Assembly (NCBI RefSeq): GCF_001194135.2
Contig: NC_068985.1
Coordinates: forward strand, 37,372,222 to 37,436,221
Source: Octopus bimaculoides
Lineage: Eukaryota
Length of the DNA stretch: 64,000 bases
Direction: 5' to 3'
The notes below the pieces were generated by a model, which did no database searches, was not told the origin of the DNA, and worked only from the letters and a program-made list of their open reading frames with translations. Positions 35,499 through 48,722 of the stretch are shown here, in pieces. The translations under genes and the position numbers were made by a program. Positions within the stretch are counted from its first letter, which is position 1. Every line of letters starts with the position of its first letter.

Positions 35499-36894
35499 AA
35501 AAAATATCTTGTAATTGAAAAACTAATGACTGTGTTGTCAAAAAATAATTTCTTTTTATAAAATTTATAATGAAACTGAATAAATAAGATTGTATTTAGA
35601 TGGGAAGGAATTTGCATAAAATCTATGAGATATCCTTAAGTACGATCTTTTGCAATTCACTTATTTGGGGCTGCCAAGTATTTGGGCAGCATATCCTTCG
35701 TTTCTTTTGATAGCATTACAAGTGTCCCAAATCCTTATATTTGCTCAAGTTCCCAAATGTTTTTAAATATGTTTTAGTCATGTCAAGCAGTAACCGCCAT
35801 AAGACTTGCTTTTTCAGCATGATTTTTCCCGTTGATGTTTTGTTGCTCAGCCTGAATTTCCGGATATTCCGAATATTGAGATTCTAAAGGATTAAAGATT
35901 CAGCATTCTTCATAACTTGTGGTGGTTTATGTTTCCAGCATATTGAGCAGGTATGTACTGAGCTGTCTTGTTTATTTACAAGTACTCAGTTGGTACTAGT
36001 CTATCGCATCCAGAGATTTTGCGGTCTCGATGTTTTCCGCATACATGACATGGATAGTTTCTACCGTGTTTCAGAAGATTAAACATGTACTTCCTAGTTA
36101 TAAAGTATTGATTCTGAGTAGTGATTTAATATAAAAAATATTACAATATAGCGTCTTCGAAAATTTGTGTCTTCGAAATTATTTGTGTCACATTTTTAGC
36201 AATAGTACATTTCAGCTTCATGTCTGCGTATCAACAACAATTTGTCCCCGTTTGGTGAAAAGGACATTTTTTTTAATATCACGGAAAGCTATCACTGCAA
36301 ATCGGATATTTTGTCGGCATGTGTCAGTTAACAGTACTATAATGAATGTAATTCAATTGAAAATAATCATTCTGTCACGAAACCCGTAAACATTGTTCAA
36401 ATTTAAACAAAAAGAAGGATGATGAGATTTAAAGTTCTGCAAATTGAATTGTCAAAACATATTCGCAAGTTTTGTGTTAACTTATAACTCAATCACTGAG
36501 ACATTTTCACTCTTTTCTCATCTGCCTGTTAACAGGTAGAGAGGAAAAAGACAAATGTCCCAACGTATAGCATAATGGATAACTAATTCCTGGTTTGTGT
36601 GGCATGCATATCCTTGGTAAAATAATCTATTCTCTGTGGTTCTTAGAAGCAGGTACTAGATCATTGGGGATTGTATTCTGTGCTACCCAGTGGATGGCTT
36701 ATCTGATCTCCGCTTTACACACTGAAATTAGAGGTGAACGCTGGCTCCTACGCTTATGAGACATACATTTATATTATGCTACGGACACGTCTGTATAAAT
36801 ATCTTTATCTTCTTTCAGTACGCGTTACATACCAACGATGAGTGGCACACAAGAGCTGGCTTTCCTTTTCAATTAACCAGTGTGATGTGAAATA

Positions 36895-37129
36895 TAGGGT
36901 GGCCCAAAAGTATGTTTACAGTTATCACGTAGGCACTTTAAATTTGTTTTAAAACATTTTATTACATTTAAATTTCTGTCTTATAAACTGGAAAGGTAGC
37001 TTGATAAAATTAACTAAATTAGCATAGAATAATGGTTTCATAGTCTTTTATAATTAAGATTTAAACTGTTAAGATATGAATGCGGAAGAGATAGTTGAAT
37101 AACTGTAAACCTATTTTTGGACCACCCTG
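36895..37129. mobile_element. Tc1/mariner-type MITE (235 bp)
   Basis: TA|TAGGGTGGCCCAAAAGTATGTTTACAGTTAT ... ATAACTGTAAACCTATTTTTGGACCACCCTG|TA; about 30-bp TIRs and TA flanks. Confidence 0.85.
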
Positions 37130-37304
37130 TAGAGTCAGCAAGTATGAAAATATGTTGTCTATCTGTAACATAGAAAACACAGCCTTCTTTGTCTCAATAA
37201 TTCTTTATTAAAATTTTTGGTATCTGAATATTTTGTGTTTGCTAAATTGCAGTTCTATATCGTTAGCATACAGAGATAACATTGACCAAGTAAGTACCAT
37301 GTTC

Positions 37305-37430
37305 ACACACAGTTTCATCCACTAAATTCACTCACAGCCAAGGCTATAGCAGAAGACACTTGTCCAAGGGCCTGAACCAGAAATCATGTTTTTTCAAAAG
37401 CGAGTTTATAAGCCACACAGCCATGCCTGA
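37305..37430 (-). mobile_element. SINE family C 5' fragment
   Basis: GGCTATAGCAGAAGACACTTGTCCAAGG...CCACACAGCCATGCCTG is the reverse complement of the family C head. Confidence 0.7.
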
Positions 37431-37680
37431 GTCTAAAGTTACGAAATTTTATCCAAATTATTTTAGGCGCCAGCTAGACATATAATATGTCCAAAACTAG
37501 AAGCAATACATATTTGGTTTATCTACTTTATACAAATTATAGTAAGTTAATAAATATCAATATATTTACCCCCTTTTCAAACATTTTGGCTGATCTTTCT
37601 GTGTAGTAACACTAAAGTATTACTTTGTGATATCGTAAACAAAATAACGCCCACACACAGGCGCTCATACACACACAAAA

Positions 37681-37715
<35 letters not shown>

Positions 37716-38065
37716 AACATACACACACGTACGCGCAAATATACACAACCATATACAAACACATACAAAAACTTCTGCAATAATGAGACAACGATAAAAA
37801 AATAATCAAATAACAATGTTTATGTGTTAGTCCTTTGTATTTAGTTGTTTTCGTTGATGTTAGTGGTGGAGATGGTTGGTGTCTTAACCAAGATTCATTT
37901 GAATATATAAAAAAAAATGAACCAATCAGCATAATTGAAAACAAATACAACCGAAGAAAAAAAATATATATAGAGAGAGAGAGAGAGAACTAAATGGAAG
38001 CGAACAATGCCATCCAAAGTTCTGTGTATTTAAACAGTAGTTAATCTAATTCCATAATCAACCAG

Positions 38066-38257
38066 AAAATTGTGGTGACTGATTCTATCGATATTGGTGG
38101 AAGCACAGATGCCGGTACGAGGAACGGGGAGAAATTTCCCATTGACCTAAAGTATTGGCTTGAGGTGGAATCGAACGGACTAAATGCTGAGTCAAGCAGG
38201 ATAGATCGCTTGGCTTTGTTATTGTTAAGAGGGATCGATATTAGTCATCACTTTCGG
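38066..38257 (+). CDS. Candidate exon, unidentified
   Basis: GC-richer non-repetitive open frame KIVVTDSIDIGGSTDAGTRNGEKFPIDLKYWLEVESNGLNAESSRIDRLALLLLRGIDISHHF between CAG| and |GTAATG; weak polypyrimidine tract. Confidence 0.2.
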
Positions 38258-39973
38258 TAATGAATGTCTCGATGTGTGTATGTAAATATAGGCGTGGGTT
38301 TATTCATAAATACTTATGTACAAACACACTGACACGCACGCACAGCCACCCCAACCCAAATACCCCCTCATATATATATANNNNNNNNNNNNNNNNNNNN
38401 NNNNNNNNNNNNNNNNNNNNNNNNNNNNNNNNNNNNNNNNNNNNNNNNNNNNNNNNNNNNNNNNNNNNNNNNNNNNNNNNNNNNNNNNNNNNNNNNNNNN
38501 NNNNNNNNNNNNNNNNNNNNNNNNNNNNNNNNNNNNNNNNNNNNNNNNNNNNNNNNNNNNNNNNNNNNNNNNNNNNNNNNNNNNNNNNNNNNNNNNNNNN
38601 NNNNNNNNNNNNNNNNNNNNNNNNNNNNNNNNNNNNNNNNNNNNNNNNNNNNNNNNNNNNNNNNNNNNNNNNNNNNNNNNNNNNNNNNNNNNNNNNNNNN
38701 NNNNNNNNNNNNNNNNNNNNNNNNNNNNNNNNNNNNNNNNNNNNNNNNNNNNNNNNNNNNNNNNNNNNNNNNNNNNNNNNNNNNNNNNNNNNNNNNNNNN
38801 NNNNNNNNNNNNNNNNNNNNNNNNNNNNNNNNNNNNNNNNNNNNNNNNNNNNNNNNNNNNNNNNNNNNNNNNNNNNNNNNNNNNNNNNNNNNNNNNNNNN
38901 NNNNNNNNNNNNNNNNNNNNNNNNNNNNNNNNNNNNNNNNNNNNNNNNNNNNNNNNNNNNNNNNNNNNNNNNNNNNNNNNNNNNNNNNNNNNNNNNNNNN
39001 NNNNNNNNNNNNNNNNNNNNNTATATATATATATATATATATATATGCGTTTGTATGTGCCTGCAATAGTCCATGCGTCAATATCAATATTGGAATTATA
39101 TTTACGCGTATGATTGTGTATGAATTCAAATATGCGCCAGTTTCTGTGTATGTATGTAGGCTCCAAATACTTGTATACGGATGTGTGTCTGTATGAATGA
39201 GCGTGAGTGCATCTATGCATGTTTTATTTTGAATGTATATGTGATGTGCGTGTGTGACTGTCTGTCTGTACTATTCTCTCTTGACGGATGAACATGTGTC
39301 AAGTTGTAGCTTCATATACATATGTATATATGTCAATATAAACGTATATTTGCGGAAATGATTTTACGTGTATGAATCAGCGATAGTGAAGACATATATA
39401 TTGATATAATCTGTCTGTATGCATTTATAGATGTGAATTCAATCATGCGTTTACGTGTGAATGACTATGAACGTTTCAATGCGTGAGCTCACATGCTAGG
39501 GCGTTTGTGTATATGTGTGTGTGTATGTGTGTGTGTTGTTCCTGTATGCTGACGTGTGTATGAATCTTAATGTATGTTTGCCTAGAAGATTTTATATGTA
39601 AATCTGTACCAAGTCGCGCATAATAGATAGAGAGGTGGCAAATGTTAGACGAATCATTGCACATTGAGCGTATATTTATGCGAGACAGAGACGGATGGGG
39701 AAATAGAGAGAGAGGGAGAGAGAGGAGAGTGTGAGGAGACAGAGAGAAAAAAAATGAGGGCGAGATGGACAAAAGAAAGAGCAGGAAAGAAAGCTGTCAG
39801 TAACAGAAAAACTGATGATTCACTAAATCGTTACTCAGAGTTTCACGACATGAATGACATACATTGCGACTTGAGTAATCATACATAGCGAGAAATAATG
39901 AGTAATGACGGAGTATTTACTCCCTAGCTTGTTTTGGCTTAAGTAGCTTTACTCCTTTCTCTCTCTGTCTCTC

Positions 39974-40008
<35 letters not shown>

Positions 40009-40044
40009 TATCTTAACTTTTTCCAGGATTCATACATTTTCATA

Positions 40045-40350
40045 ACCCTTTCTACTATAAGCACAAAGCCTGAAATTTTGGGGAAGGGGTTTGTCGATCA
40101 AATCAACCCCAGTATGTAGCTGGTACTTATTTAGTCGCCCCCGAAAGGATGAAAGGCAAAGTCGACCTCGGCGGAATTTGAACCCAGAAAGTAGCGACGG
40201 GCGAAATACCACTGAGCATCTAGTCAAGCGTGCTAATGATTCTGCCAGCTTACCGCCGTCAAATAATCTTTTCTACTCTAGCCACAAGGCCCAAAATCTT
40301 TTTTGAGGGAGGGGGTCAGTCGATTAGATCGACCCAGTACGCAACTGGTA
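40045..40350 (-). mobile_element. SINE family A full copy (40045-40257) plus adjacent 3' fragment (40265-40350)
   Basis: CCCGAAAGGATGAAAGGCAAAGTCGACCTCGGCGGAATTTGAAC...TTCTGCCAGCTTACCGCC; second CTTTTCTACTCTAGCCACAAGGCCC. Confidence 0.85.
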
Positions 40351-40383
40351 AATTTATTGCCGTATTCAATAATAGCATAATCG

Positions 40384-40615
40384 TGGCACTCCGTTGGTTA
40401 CGACGACATGGGTTCCAGTTGATCGGATCAACGGAACAGCCTACTCATGAAATAAAATTGCAAGTGGCTAAGCACTCCACAGACACGTGTACCCCTTAAC
40501 GTAGTTCTCTGGGAGATTCAGCGTGACACAGAGTGTGACAAGGCAGGCCCTTTTTAAATACAGGTACAACAGAAAGAAAGAGTGAGAGAAAGTTGTGGTA
40601 AAAGAGTACAGCAGG
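40384..40615 (-). mobile_element. SINE family B, 3' portion
   Basis: TGGCACTCCGTTGGTTACGACG...GGGTTCCAGTTGATC...TTCAGCGTGACACAGAGTGTGACAAGGC is the reverse complement of 45680-45922. Confidence 0.85.
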
Positions 40616-41121
40616 CGGAAGAGTACAGATGGCGGAACAAAAAAAATATATTCGAGCCAAATCTCAAATGTTCAATTTTGGATAAAAATTTTTATTCACC
40701 CGAATTAAACGTTTTTTCCCTAGCTTTTTTTTTTCCTGCTGCCAATGTTCATCATGTTCCTCAATGTAAAACGCATCTGCAACAGTTGTANNNNNNNNNN
40801 NNNNNNNNNNNNNNNNNNNNNNNNNNNNNNNNNNNNNNNNNNNNNNNNNNNNNNNNNNNNNNNNNNNNNNNNNNNNNNNNNNNNNNNNNNNNNNNNNNNN
40901 NNNNNNNNNNNNNNNNNNNNNNNNNNNNNNNNNNNNNNNNNNNNNNNNNNNNNNNNNNNNNNNNNNNNNNNNNNNNNNNNNNNNNNNNNNNNNNNNNNNN
41001 NNNNNNNNNNNNNNNNNNNNNNNNNNNNNNNNNNNNNNNNNNNNNNNNNNNNNNNNNNNNNNNNNNNNNNNNNNNNNNNNNNNNNNNNNNNNNNNNNNNN
41101 NNNNNNNNNNNNNNNNNNNNN

Positions 41122-41153
<32 letters not shown>

Positions 41154-41245
41154 GTGAAAAAAGGAAGTGATAAATGTAAACATGCAGAGAAACATAATAG
41201 AGAGCGAGAGTGTGCGTGTGTGTGTGAGATAGAGAGAGAAGGATT

Positions 41246-41290
<45 letters not shown>

Positions 41291-41674
41291 TTGTAAATTT
41301 ATATCTTTACAATTAACCTCTCATATAGTGCAACCTCATAAAAGGAATACTTTTATGGATACAAACAGCTGCTCGAATGCTGTGGGTTGCAGTAAGTATC
41401 TTATTAAATCAAATATTTGAGATGGTATTGTTACATAGTATTGAAATTACATAGATTGAAATTCTGTTCAACATTCAGTTCAGTATAATAAAGTATGATG
41501 TTCGGATGTACAATTAATAAACTGCGATATGGTCCTTATACTTAAAAGGTATATTGTTTTAATTAAAAACGACGCAGTATAACTAGTTCATTTTGAAACC
41601 ACGCTGTCCTAAGTTCTATCCTACATCATTGCATGGTGGGCAAATAACATTTTCTGAAGCTTTGAATCTGGGTA

Positions 41675-42150
41675 GGGCACAGGCGTATATGTATGTGATA
41701 AGAAGTTAAGAAGCTTGCTTTCCAACTACATGGTTTTAGTTTCAGTCCTACTGCGTGGGTACGTTGAGCTATTGTTTTCTACTGTAGGCTCGTGCCGACC
41801 AAAGGTTTGTGAAAGGATTTGGTAGACGGAAATTGAAATAAGTCTGACATGTATATACATGTATAGATGTATGTGGGTTTGTCTCTCCGTGTAAGTGTGC
41901 GCGCACGCGGGTTTGTGTGTGCTTCTGTATTTGTCCTCCACCACTGCATGACAATCGGTGTTGGGGTGTTTACGTCTCCGTAGCTTAACGGTTTGGCAAA
42001 AGTAGCCGATATAATAAGTACCAAGTTTAAATAAAATAAAACAATACTGGTGGGGTGGGGTGGGGTGCGATTCTTTCGGGTAAAATGCTTCAAAGAGGCA
42101 CCCCAGCATAGCCGAAGTCTGATGACAGGAACAATTAAAAGATAAAAGAT
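41675..42150 (+). mobile_element. SINE family C, diverged
   Basis: AGCTTGCTTTCCAACTACATGG...GGATTTGGTAGACGGAAATTGAAA...TTTACGTCTCCGTAGCTTAACGGTTTGGCAAAAG...CCCCAGCATAGCCG. Confidence 0.8.
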
Positions 42151-42217
42151 AATTGGATTAATTGTAAATATAATTTAGAAAGGTATAGCTTTGTCACACA
42201 TTGTGTCATGCAGTTTC

Positions 42218-42315
42218 TTCCTGATTATTACGTTAAGGGTACATGTATTTGTGGAGTGCCCAGGAATTCCTGATTATTACGTTAAGGGTACATGTATTTG
42301 TGGAGTGCCCAGAAA
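42218..42315 (+). repeat. 49-bp tandem duplication within a SINE family B fragment
   Basis: TTCCTGATTATTACGTTAAGGGTACATGTATTTGTGGAGTGCCCAG twice; TACGTTAAGGGTACA is also in family B at about 45802. Confidence 0.85.
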
Positions 42316-42968
42316 TTAATTTACAGTCTCCAAATTTGAGTATTTTCAGAACATCAAAAATTTTTCCTGTCTGAATTATTCTTCATTGTTCTCACTGTTG
42401 ATTTAATTAAATGGGTTTGTTTGTGTCTGTGTGTTTTTATGTATGTCTGTGTGTCCGAGGTGTGTGTTTGTTTGCTTTTAGTGAAAAAAATAATATACAT
42501 TTCTGAAAAGACGATGCACTTTTACAAGTTACATATCATACAGAATAGAAAGGAATAATCTCCTATGTGTATATGAATAGAGACTGAACGTCCTAATAAC
42601 TCCAGCCAATATAGTCCGCATTGTGTTTCTTTTCAGTTCCCATACGTGGCTAATTAGCCTTCTCTGAAATTGCTCTCAAAGATATGCCAAGATGTAGAGT
42701 CGGCGTTTTCCCAACATTCCATAAGACATTGCATTGTTTTGCTATGATCCTATGTTTTTTTGTGATTACAATACATATACATACTATATACGCGCATATA
42801 CACAGAAATACATGTATTTATATCCATATAAATGCATGTGTTTTCCTTATTTCATTATATAAATAAATGAATTAAATGAGTTATTATTCTGAAGTGTGGG
42901 AAATATATCGCAAATAAATATTATTCTTACGTTACCTCTGTGAATCTCGCCTCATTACTGCATGCTGT

Positions 42969-42972
42969 CTGC

Positions 42973-43026
<54 letters not shown>

Positions 43027-43031
43027 GTCTT

Positions 43032-43074
<43 letters not shown>

Positions 43075-43138
43075 GACTGTCTGTTTGTCTGTTTGTCTGT
43101 CTGTCTATCTGTCTGTCTGTTTGCCTGTTTGTCCGTCC

Positions 43139-43212
<74 letters not shown>

Positions 43213-43273
43213 ATGTCTGTCTGTCTGTCTGTCTGTCTGTTCTGTTCTGTCTGTATTTCTGTCTGTCTGTCTT

Positions 43274-43317
<44 letters not shown>

Positions 43318-43345
43318 ACTGTCTGTCTGTCTTTGTCCTCCTCTC
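42969..43345. repeat. Compound tetranucleotide array (ATCT)n/(GTCT)n
   Basis: Directly visible. Confidence 0.95.
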
Positions 43346-44446
43346 TCTCACTTATTGTATGTTTGTATTTCTGAATGTATGCTGTTCTCTCTGGTTGTCC
43401 ATGTCTCGACGTAAGTTTAATACTCTAGCTCCCTCTCCAGCTATCGTATCTATGTGCATTTTCCTTTTTTCCTAATTTTAGGATTAATAGACTTTATCCA
43501 CATTCTGTTCTTTTCCGTGATTTGTATCCGTTGCCATATTTGTTTTCACATTTTCTCCGTTTATATTAATTTAAATTTTACTTTTCATTATCTTCTTTCT
43601 GTCAAAGATATCTTCAGTCGGACTGTGCTCCGTTTTGTATGATGCACCGATTCAATTTTTTTTACAATACCGTTGATTTGATTTTTACAATACAACATTT
43701 AATCGATATATAGACGAAGCGGAATATGCTAGAAAAGCAATCATGGAAAACAACAGCTACACATACACACGCACACACGTGTGTGTGTGCATGCATGTAT
43801 AAATATATAGTTGATGAGCAAAAAATATATGAAAGATAAAATATATTTTGACTCAAGATATAGAATGTAAACAAGCATGGCAAATAGAACTAAACAGTGA
43901 AATCAGCATGTCACCTAATTAAACGAAAACAACGGAACATTCCAATTAGTAAGGTGCAATGAGGAGACGTCGGCATAGTAAATAGTGCAAAGATGTGAAT
44001 ATTGTTTGTACAAAAAAGAGACCAGCCTAATGAGGACTAATAAATAAGCAATGACCTATATTTGTAATACGCCCACACGCATGCACACACACGCATGCAC
44101 ACACACGCATGCACACACACGCACACACATACACCAGATACATTCAGAGACAGACATGCGCACGCACACACATACACACGTTCGCAAACACATGCATGCA
44201 TACGTTGCGTTACATTCGTACATTTATTCAGTCATGCATACACTTTGACATAGAAACGAGCTGCGTTTACCAACAGCTGCAACGACAACCGTTACATGCA
44301 AACGCAGCAAGACCTAAAGGTATTGATAAGCAGAAGGGTTCCGTTAGCAACGACCGAAACAAGCAAGAAAGAAACAAAAGGGTACATATCAACAAAACAA
44401 TACATACCAGAATTATTAGCAACGCCTTTAAGACTGTAAGATACCC

Positions 44447-44672
44447 GGCGAGCTGGCAGAAACGTTAGCACGCCGAGCGAAATGCTTAGCGGTATTTCGT
44501 CTGCCGTTACGTTCTGAGTTCAAATTCCGCCGAGGTCGACTTTGCCTTTCATCCTTTCAGGTTCGATAAATTAAGTACGAGTTACGCACTGGGGTCGATG
44601 TAATCGACTTAATCCCTCTGTCTGTCCTTGTTTGTCCCCTCTATGTTTAGCCCCTTGTGGGCAATAAAGAAA
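44447..44672 (+). mobile_element. SINE family A, near-consensus, 10-bp TSD, alternative tail
   Basis: TAAGATACCC at 44437-44446 and 44673-44682; tail TTAATCCCTCTGTCTGTCC...GCAATAAAGAAA differs from other copies. Confidence 0.9.
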
Positions 44673-44860
44673 TAAGATACCCAGTCAGAATTGGCAGTGA
44701 AATCTCTTTAATGTCACACGTGAAGGTTTAAATCAGGGTCGGGGAAATTTTTATAACCAATTACTTCAAACATATTTATTTACGCTGACGTTACATTCTT
44801 GATTTGAAAGGAAGAAAATCATAGATTCTTTGAATTCAAAAGGTTTATTGAATCTATTTT

Positions 44861-45014
44861 GTGGCTGTATGGTAAGAGGCTTGCTTTCCAGCCACATGGT
44901 TCTGGGTTCAGTCCCATTGCGTGGCACCTTGGCCAGGTGTCTTCTACTATATCCTCGGGCCGACTAAAGCTTTTTGAGTGGACTTGGCAGGCGGAAACTG
45001 AAAGAAACCCGTCG

Positions 45015-45046
<32 letters not shown>

Positions 45047-45290
45047 CTTATATATATATATGTATATGTTTGTGTGTGTGAATTTGTCCCCCCTCCACCG
45101 TCGCTTGACAACCGATGCTGGTGTGTTTATGTCCCGGTAACTTGGCAGTTCGGCAAAAGACACCGATAGAGTAAGTACTAGGCTTACAAGGAACAAGTCG
45201 TGGGGTCGATTTGTTCGACTAAAGGCGGTGCTCCAGCATGACCGCAGTAAAATGACAGAAACAAATAAAAGAAGAAAAAAGAAAGAAAAG
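44861..45290 (+). mobile_element. SINE family C
   Basis: GTGGCTGTATGGTAAGAGGCTTGC...GGGTTCAGTCCCATTGCGTGGCACCTTGG...(TA)n(TG)n...GCGGTGCTCCAGCATG. Confidence 0.9.
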
Positions 45291-45550
45291 AGAATGAATC
45301 TGTCTACACGTCCATTACATTAGATCGATGCGGTGTTGCCAGAAGAAAAATTTCTGTCGCAACGAGGAGCAGGTTTTTTTTTTAAGTAATCTTAATTACG
45401 TCCGATGAGTCCTTATTACCACCAAGAGTTTAATTTTTACTTCACTTGGGGTAATTTACTCCGGTTCGCCGACCCTCTGGTTTAAATAAATGGAAAGGAT
45501 TGCTGGATAACGTAATCTTTGAAACACTATGTCCGATGAGTATATATTTA

Positions 45551-45922
45551 AGCGTGGAGGCTCAATGGCTCAGTGGTTCTCGCGGTCATAAGATCGCGGT
45601 TTCGATTCCCAGACCGGGTGTTGTGAGTGTTTATTGAGCGAGAACACCTAAAGCTCCATGATGCTCTGGCAGGGGATGGTGGCGAACCCTGCTGTACTCT
45701 TTCGCCACAACTTTCTCTCACTCTTACTTCCTGTTTCTGTTGTGCCTGTAATTCAAAGGGTCAGCCTTGTCACACTGTGTCACGCTGAATATCCCCGAGA
45801 CCTACGTTAAGGGTACACGTGTCTGTGATGTGCTCAACCACTTGCACGTTAATTTCACGAGCAGGCTGTTCCATTGATTTGATCAACTGGAACCCTCGAT
45901 GTAGTAAACGACGGAGTGCCAA
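45551..45922 (+). mobile_element. tRNA-derived SINE family B, full length
   Basis: AATGGCTCAGTGG (A box), GGTTTCGATTCCC (B box), body CTGCTGTACTCTTTCGCCACAACTTTCTCTCAC, tail AACTGGAACCCTCG...GACGGAGTGCCAAC. Confidence 0.85.
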
Positions 45923-46118
45923 CTACAATAGTGTATATATTTAAGCGTTTGACCTACTAGAAACAGTAACAAAATCCTATCTGTATTGCTAAATGTTCTT
46001 TTTCATAAAAAGAAAAGGTTCATTTAGTAAAGTAGTTTTAAATATGCTATGCCTGAGGAGCCTCTACACCGATGCTCGTTCTGCTAAAATGCAGGAATAA
46101 ATTTCCATTATATACATT

Positions 46119-46334
46119 CTTTTCTACTCTAGGCACAAGGCCCGACATTTTTTGGCAGGGAGGGGGCCTGTCGATTAGATCGATTCTAGTACGCAACTGG
46201 TACTTAATTTATCGACCCCGAAAGGATGAGAGGCAAAGCTGACCACGGCGAAATTTGAACTCAGAGCGTAAAGGTATACGAAATGCCGCTAAGCATTTCG
46301 TTCGGCGTGCTAACGATTCTGCCAGCTCGCTGCC
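46119..46334 (-). mobile_element. SINE family A, full length, 16-bp TSD
   Basis: TTCCATTATATACATT at 46103-46118 and 46335-46350. Confidence 0.9.
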
Positions 46335-48406
46335 TTCCATTATATACATTACCTTCTTAAAGGAAGTAATCAAGCTTGTGAAATACAGTTCTAAGTAATC
46401 AAAATAATACGATGGTCATGGCTGGAATATCTTTGATCCAACGTCTATTTGATTAAAATTGACTTTGGGGTTAAAGAACAACGACTACAATATCGGGCTA
46501 GATCACACAAAAGTACAATTTAAAACATACGAACATGGAAATGTGTCCCTTAAAGTTATATCCGAATGTAATTTCTTCTCTCCTTCGACAAGGAGCTCGC
46601 TGTCTACACCAATTCCTGGAGTTTACTTATACAAGAGGGCACGTACAGACACAATCACAAAAAGACACTTAGACACACGCAAACGCACGCACGCACACGC
46701 ACGCACATGCACAAACACACACAGGTACTCACACACACACACACACGTATGAACTTTCGAAGAAGAATAGATATCAGGGTCGAGAGTTCCCAACCCTTGC
46801 AATATATTCAGAATTAGAATCTCACTCCAAACGATACGCAGACATCAGTCTCGCTGAGCATACAATGTATACAGCTATGTAGAAACCATTTGCGAGAAAA
46901 TCAAGTGACAGCTGTAAGAGGCTAATGTCACTGTAGACATATTCCAGCCTATCGAGGTTTCTCTGAACTTGAGTTGTGCCTCTAGGAATGATGTGTTTGT
47001 GTGAGTATGTGCTTGTGTGTGTATGTGCTAGCGAATGTGTGTGCTTGTGTGTGTATAAGGGGGGCTGTGTGTGTTTGTGTGTATGTATATATGTATGCAT
47101 GTATGTGTGTGTGTGTCTCACGCATCCACTTAGACCTGGTTGACCACTAACCTACTACCTACTGGCTGACGCTATCCTGTATCCATATGTACGTTGAGAC
47201 AATGAAAAGTAGAAAGGATTAAACGTATAAGGAATTTTAAATAACAAATAACGAGAACTTAAGCTATAAACATGTAGTATGATAGAACAGAATGGACCAG
47301 AAATAAGGAGTAAACATAATGCCACCTCGTTGTGACCTTTACTTGAAATGAGCCACGTGGTTAGAAGGCATAAAATATATATACAAACAATAAACGTAAT
47401 AGTTTGTTGCGCAGCTTTATAAGTAGCTTCTAAGATTATCTCAATTTGAACTATACACAACACCGCCACTACAAATGCCTAGTGTTATATATTCCTACGT
47501 CATCTGTTAACTGGGATATTTTGTCTTAGATAAATACTGGTGTATCAAATAACCTCCTGTTTTATTAATTAATCAAAATTATCTCCGCCCTTGTAGAATG
47601 TATCCTAATTATCAAATGGTAATGAAGCCCAGCCAGCTCTACTTATAGAAGGAAGATAATTTCAAAGTACTAGGTCCCTCCAGAAATTGCATGCCATTCA
47701 AGAAAAGGTTATGCTTATTGTCTGGAGATAAGAGAACAGTCGTGTACAAGTATTTGTGGCTCAATAGCCATCGTCAGCACGATAATTTGCCGACCTTGTG
47801 TCGAGTAGTTAAGTGTCCTAGAAAGGAGTAGAACACATTTATCGCCTAGTAGTTTGCATAATGTAAACAAAAATGAGATGAGAGTAATAACTTGTAGTGG
47901 CATGTATTTATTTAAAAGCCGTAGATAAATACAGGTGTCCCGAATACCATACAACAGGTGAAGTTATTTGACGCAACGGAGAAGTGACGCCTCTCATGTG
48001 CTCTTTCGTATTATCTCCCTGTTGTTTCTCCTGCGATGGGATATCTGAGGACACTTAATTATCAGTATATTACTCAGTTCAAACAAATTAAATGGATTAA
48101 AATGTTTTCATTTTTTTTTCAGATTCACTATGGAAAATACATGCTAACGCAAGAAATAAAAAGACAGTCAGTGTAAACGCAGTTAGTGCTTACAGAACGA
48201 TAAAAGGGTGTATGAATAGACAGGTGACAGAAAGTGAGTGGGACACAAATCAAAGAGGGATATTTAGAAACTGTGAATGGATCAAAAATCCAGATATGAA
48301 TGGGAGAGAGAGAGAAAGAGAGTGAGAGTGAGTGAGAGAGGAAGAGAGAGAGGGAGAAAGAAATCAAAAGCAATTTATTTTATAGAAATGAGTAGTTTTT
48401 TGCATC

Positions 48407-48722
48407 AGGGAGGCGCTCCAAATAGAGCCACTACTTCTAATTTATAGAGCACAGTTCAGATATAACGGTCATGTGGTAAGAATGCCCCAGATAAGGGTCG
48501 CTAGACAGCTTTTACGCGCAAAACCAATCGGCAAGAGACCTAAAGGTAGACCACGAAAAAGATGGCTGGATAACATCCATGAGTTAAGTTGGTCTCGCTT
48601 GGGAATCCATCTGGAACAATTGGAGTCGGTTCCTCCTGACAAGACCCGATGAAAGGTGTGCTTGAGAACTCTATACCCGACGACGCTCTCAGGAATAAGT
48701 GAGCAAACAAGATGAGATGAGT
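48407..48722 (+). mobile_element. RTE-clade LINE 3' end, decayed
   Basis: REALQIEPLLL...RAQFRYNGHVVRMPQIRVARQLLRAKPIGKRPKGRPRKRWLDNIHELSWSRLGI matches the RTE C-terminal 'LRWFGHV.RMP...KRP.GRP..RW.D' pattern. Confidence 0.9.

Noticed and set aside
36536-36620. Strong plus-strand acceptor at 36535
   Set aside because: All three frames stop within 60 nt and there is no convincing donor.
47155-47469. SSKGHNEVALCLL resembling an ankyrin repeat
   Set aside because: Single partial match, no TPLH motif, no neighbouring repeats or splice sites.
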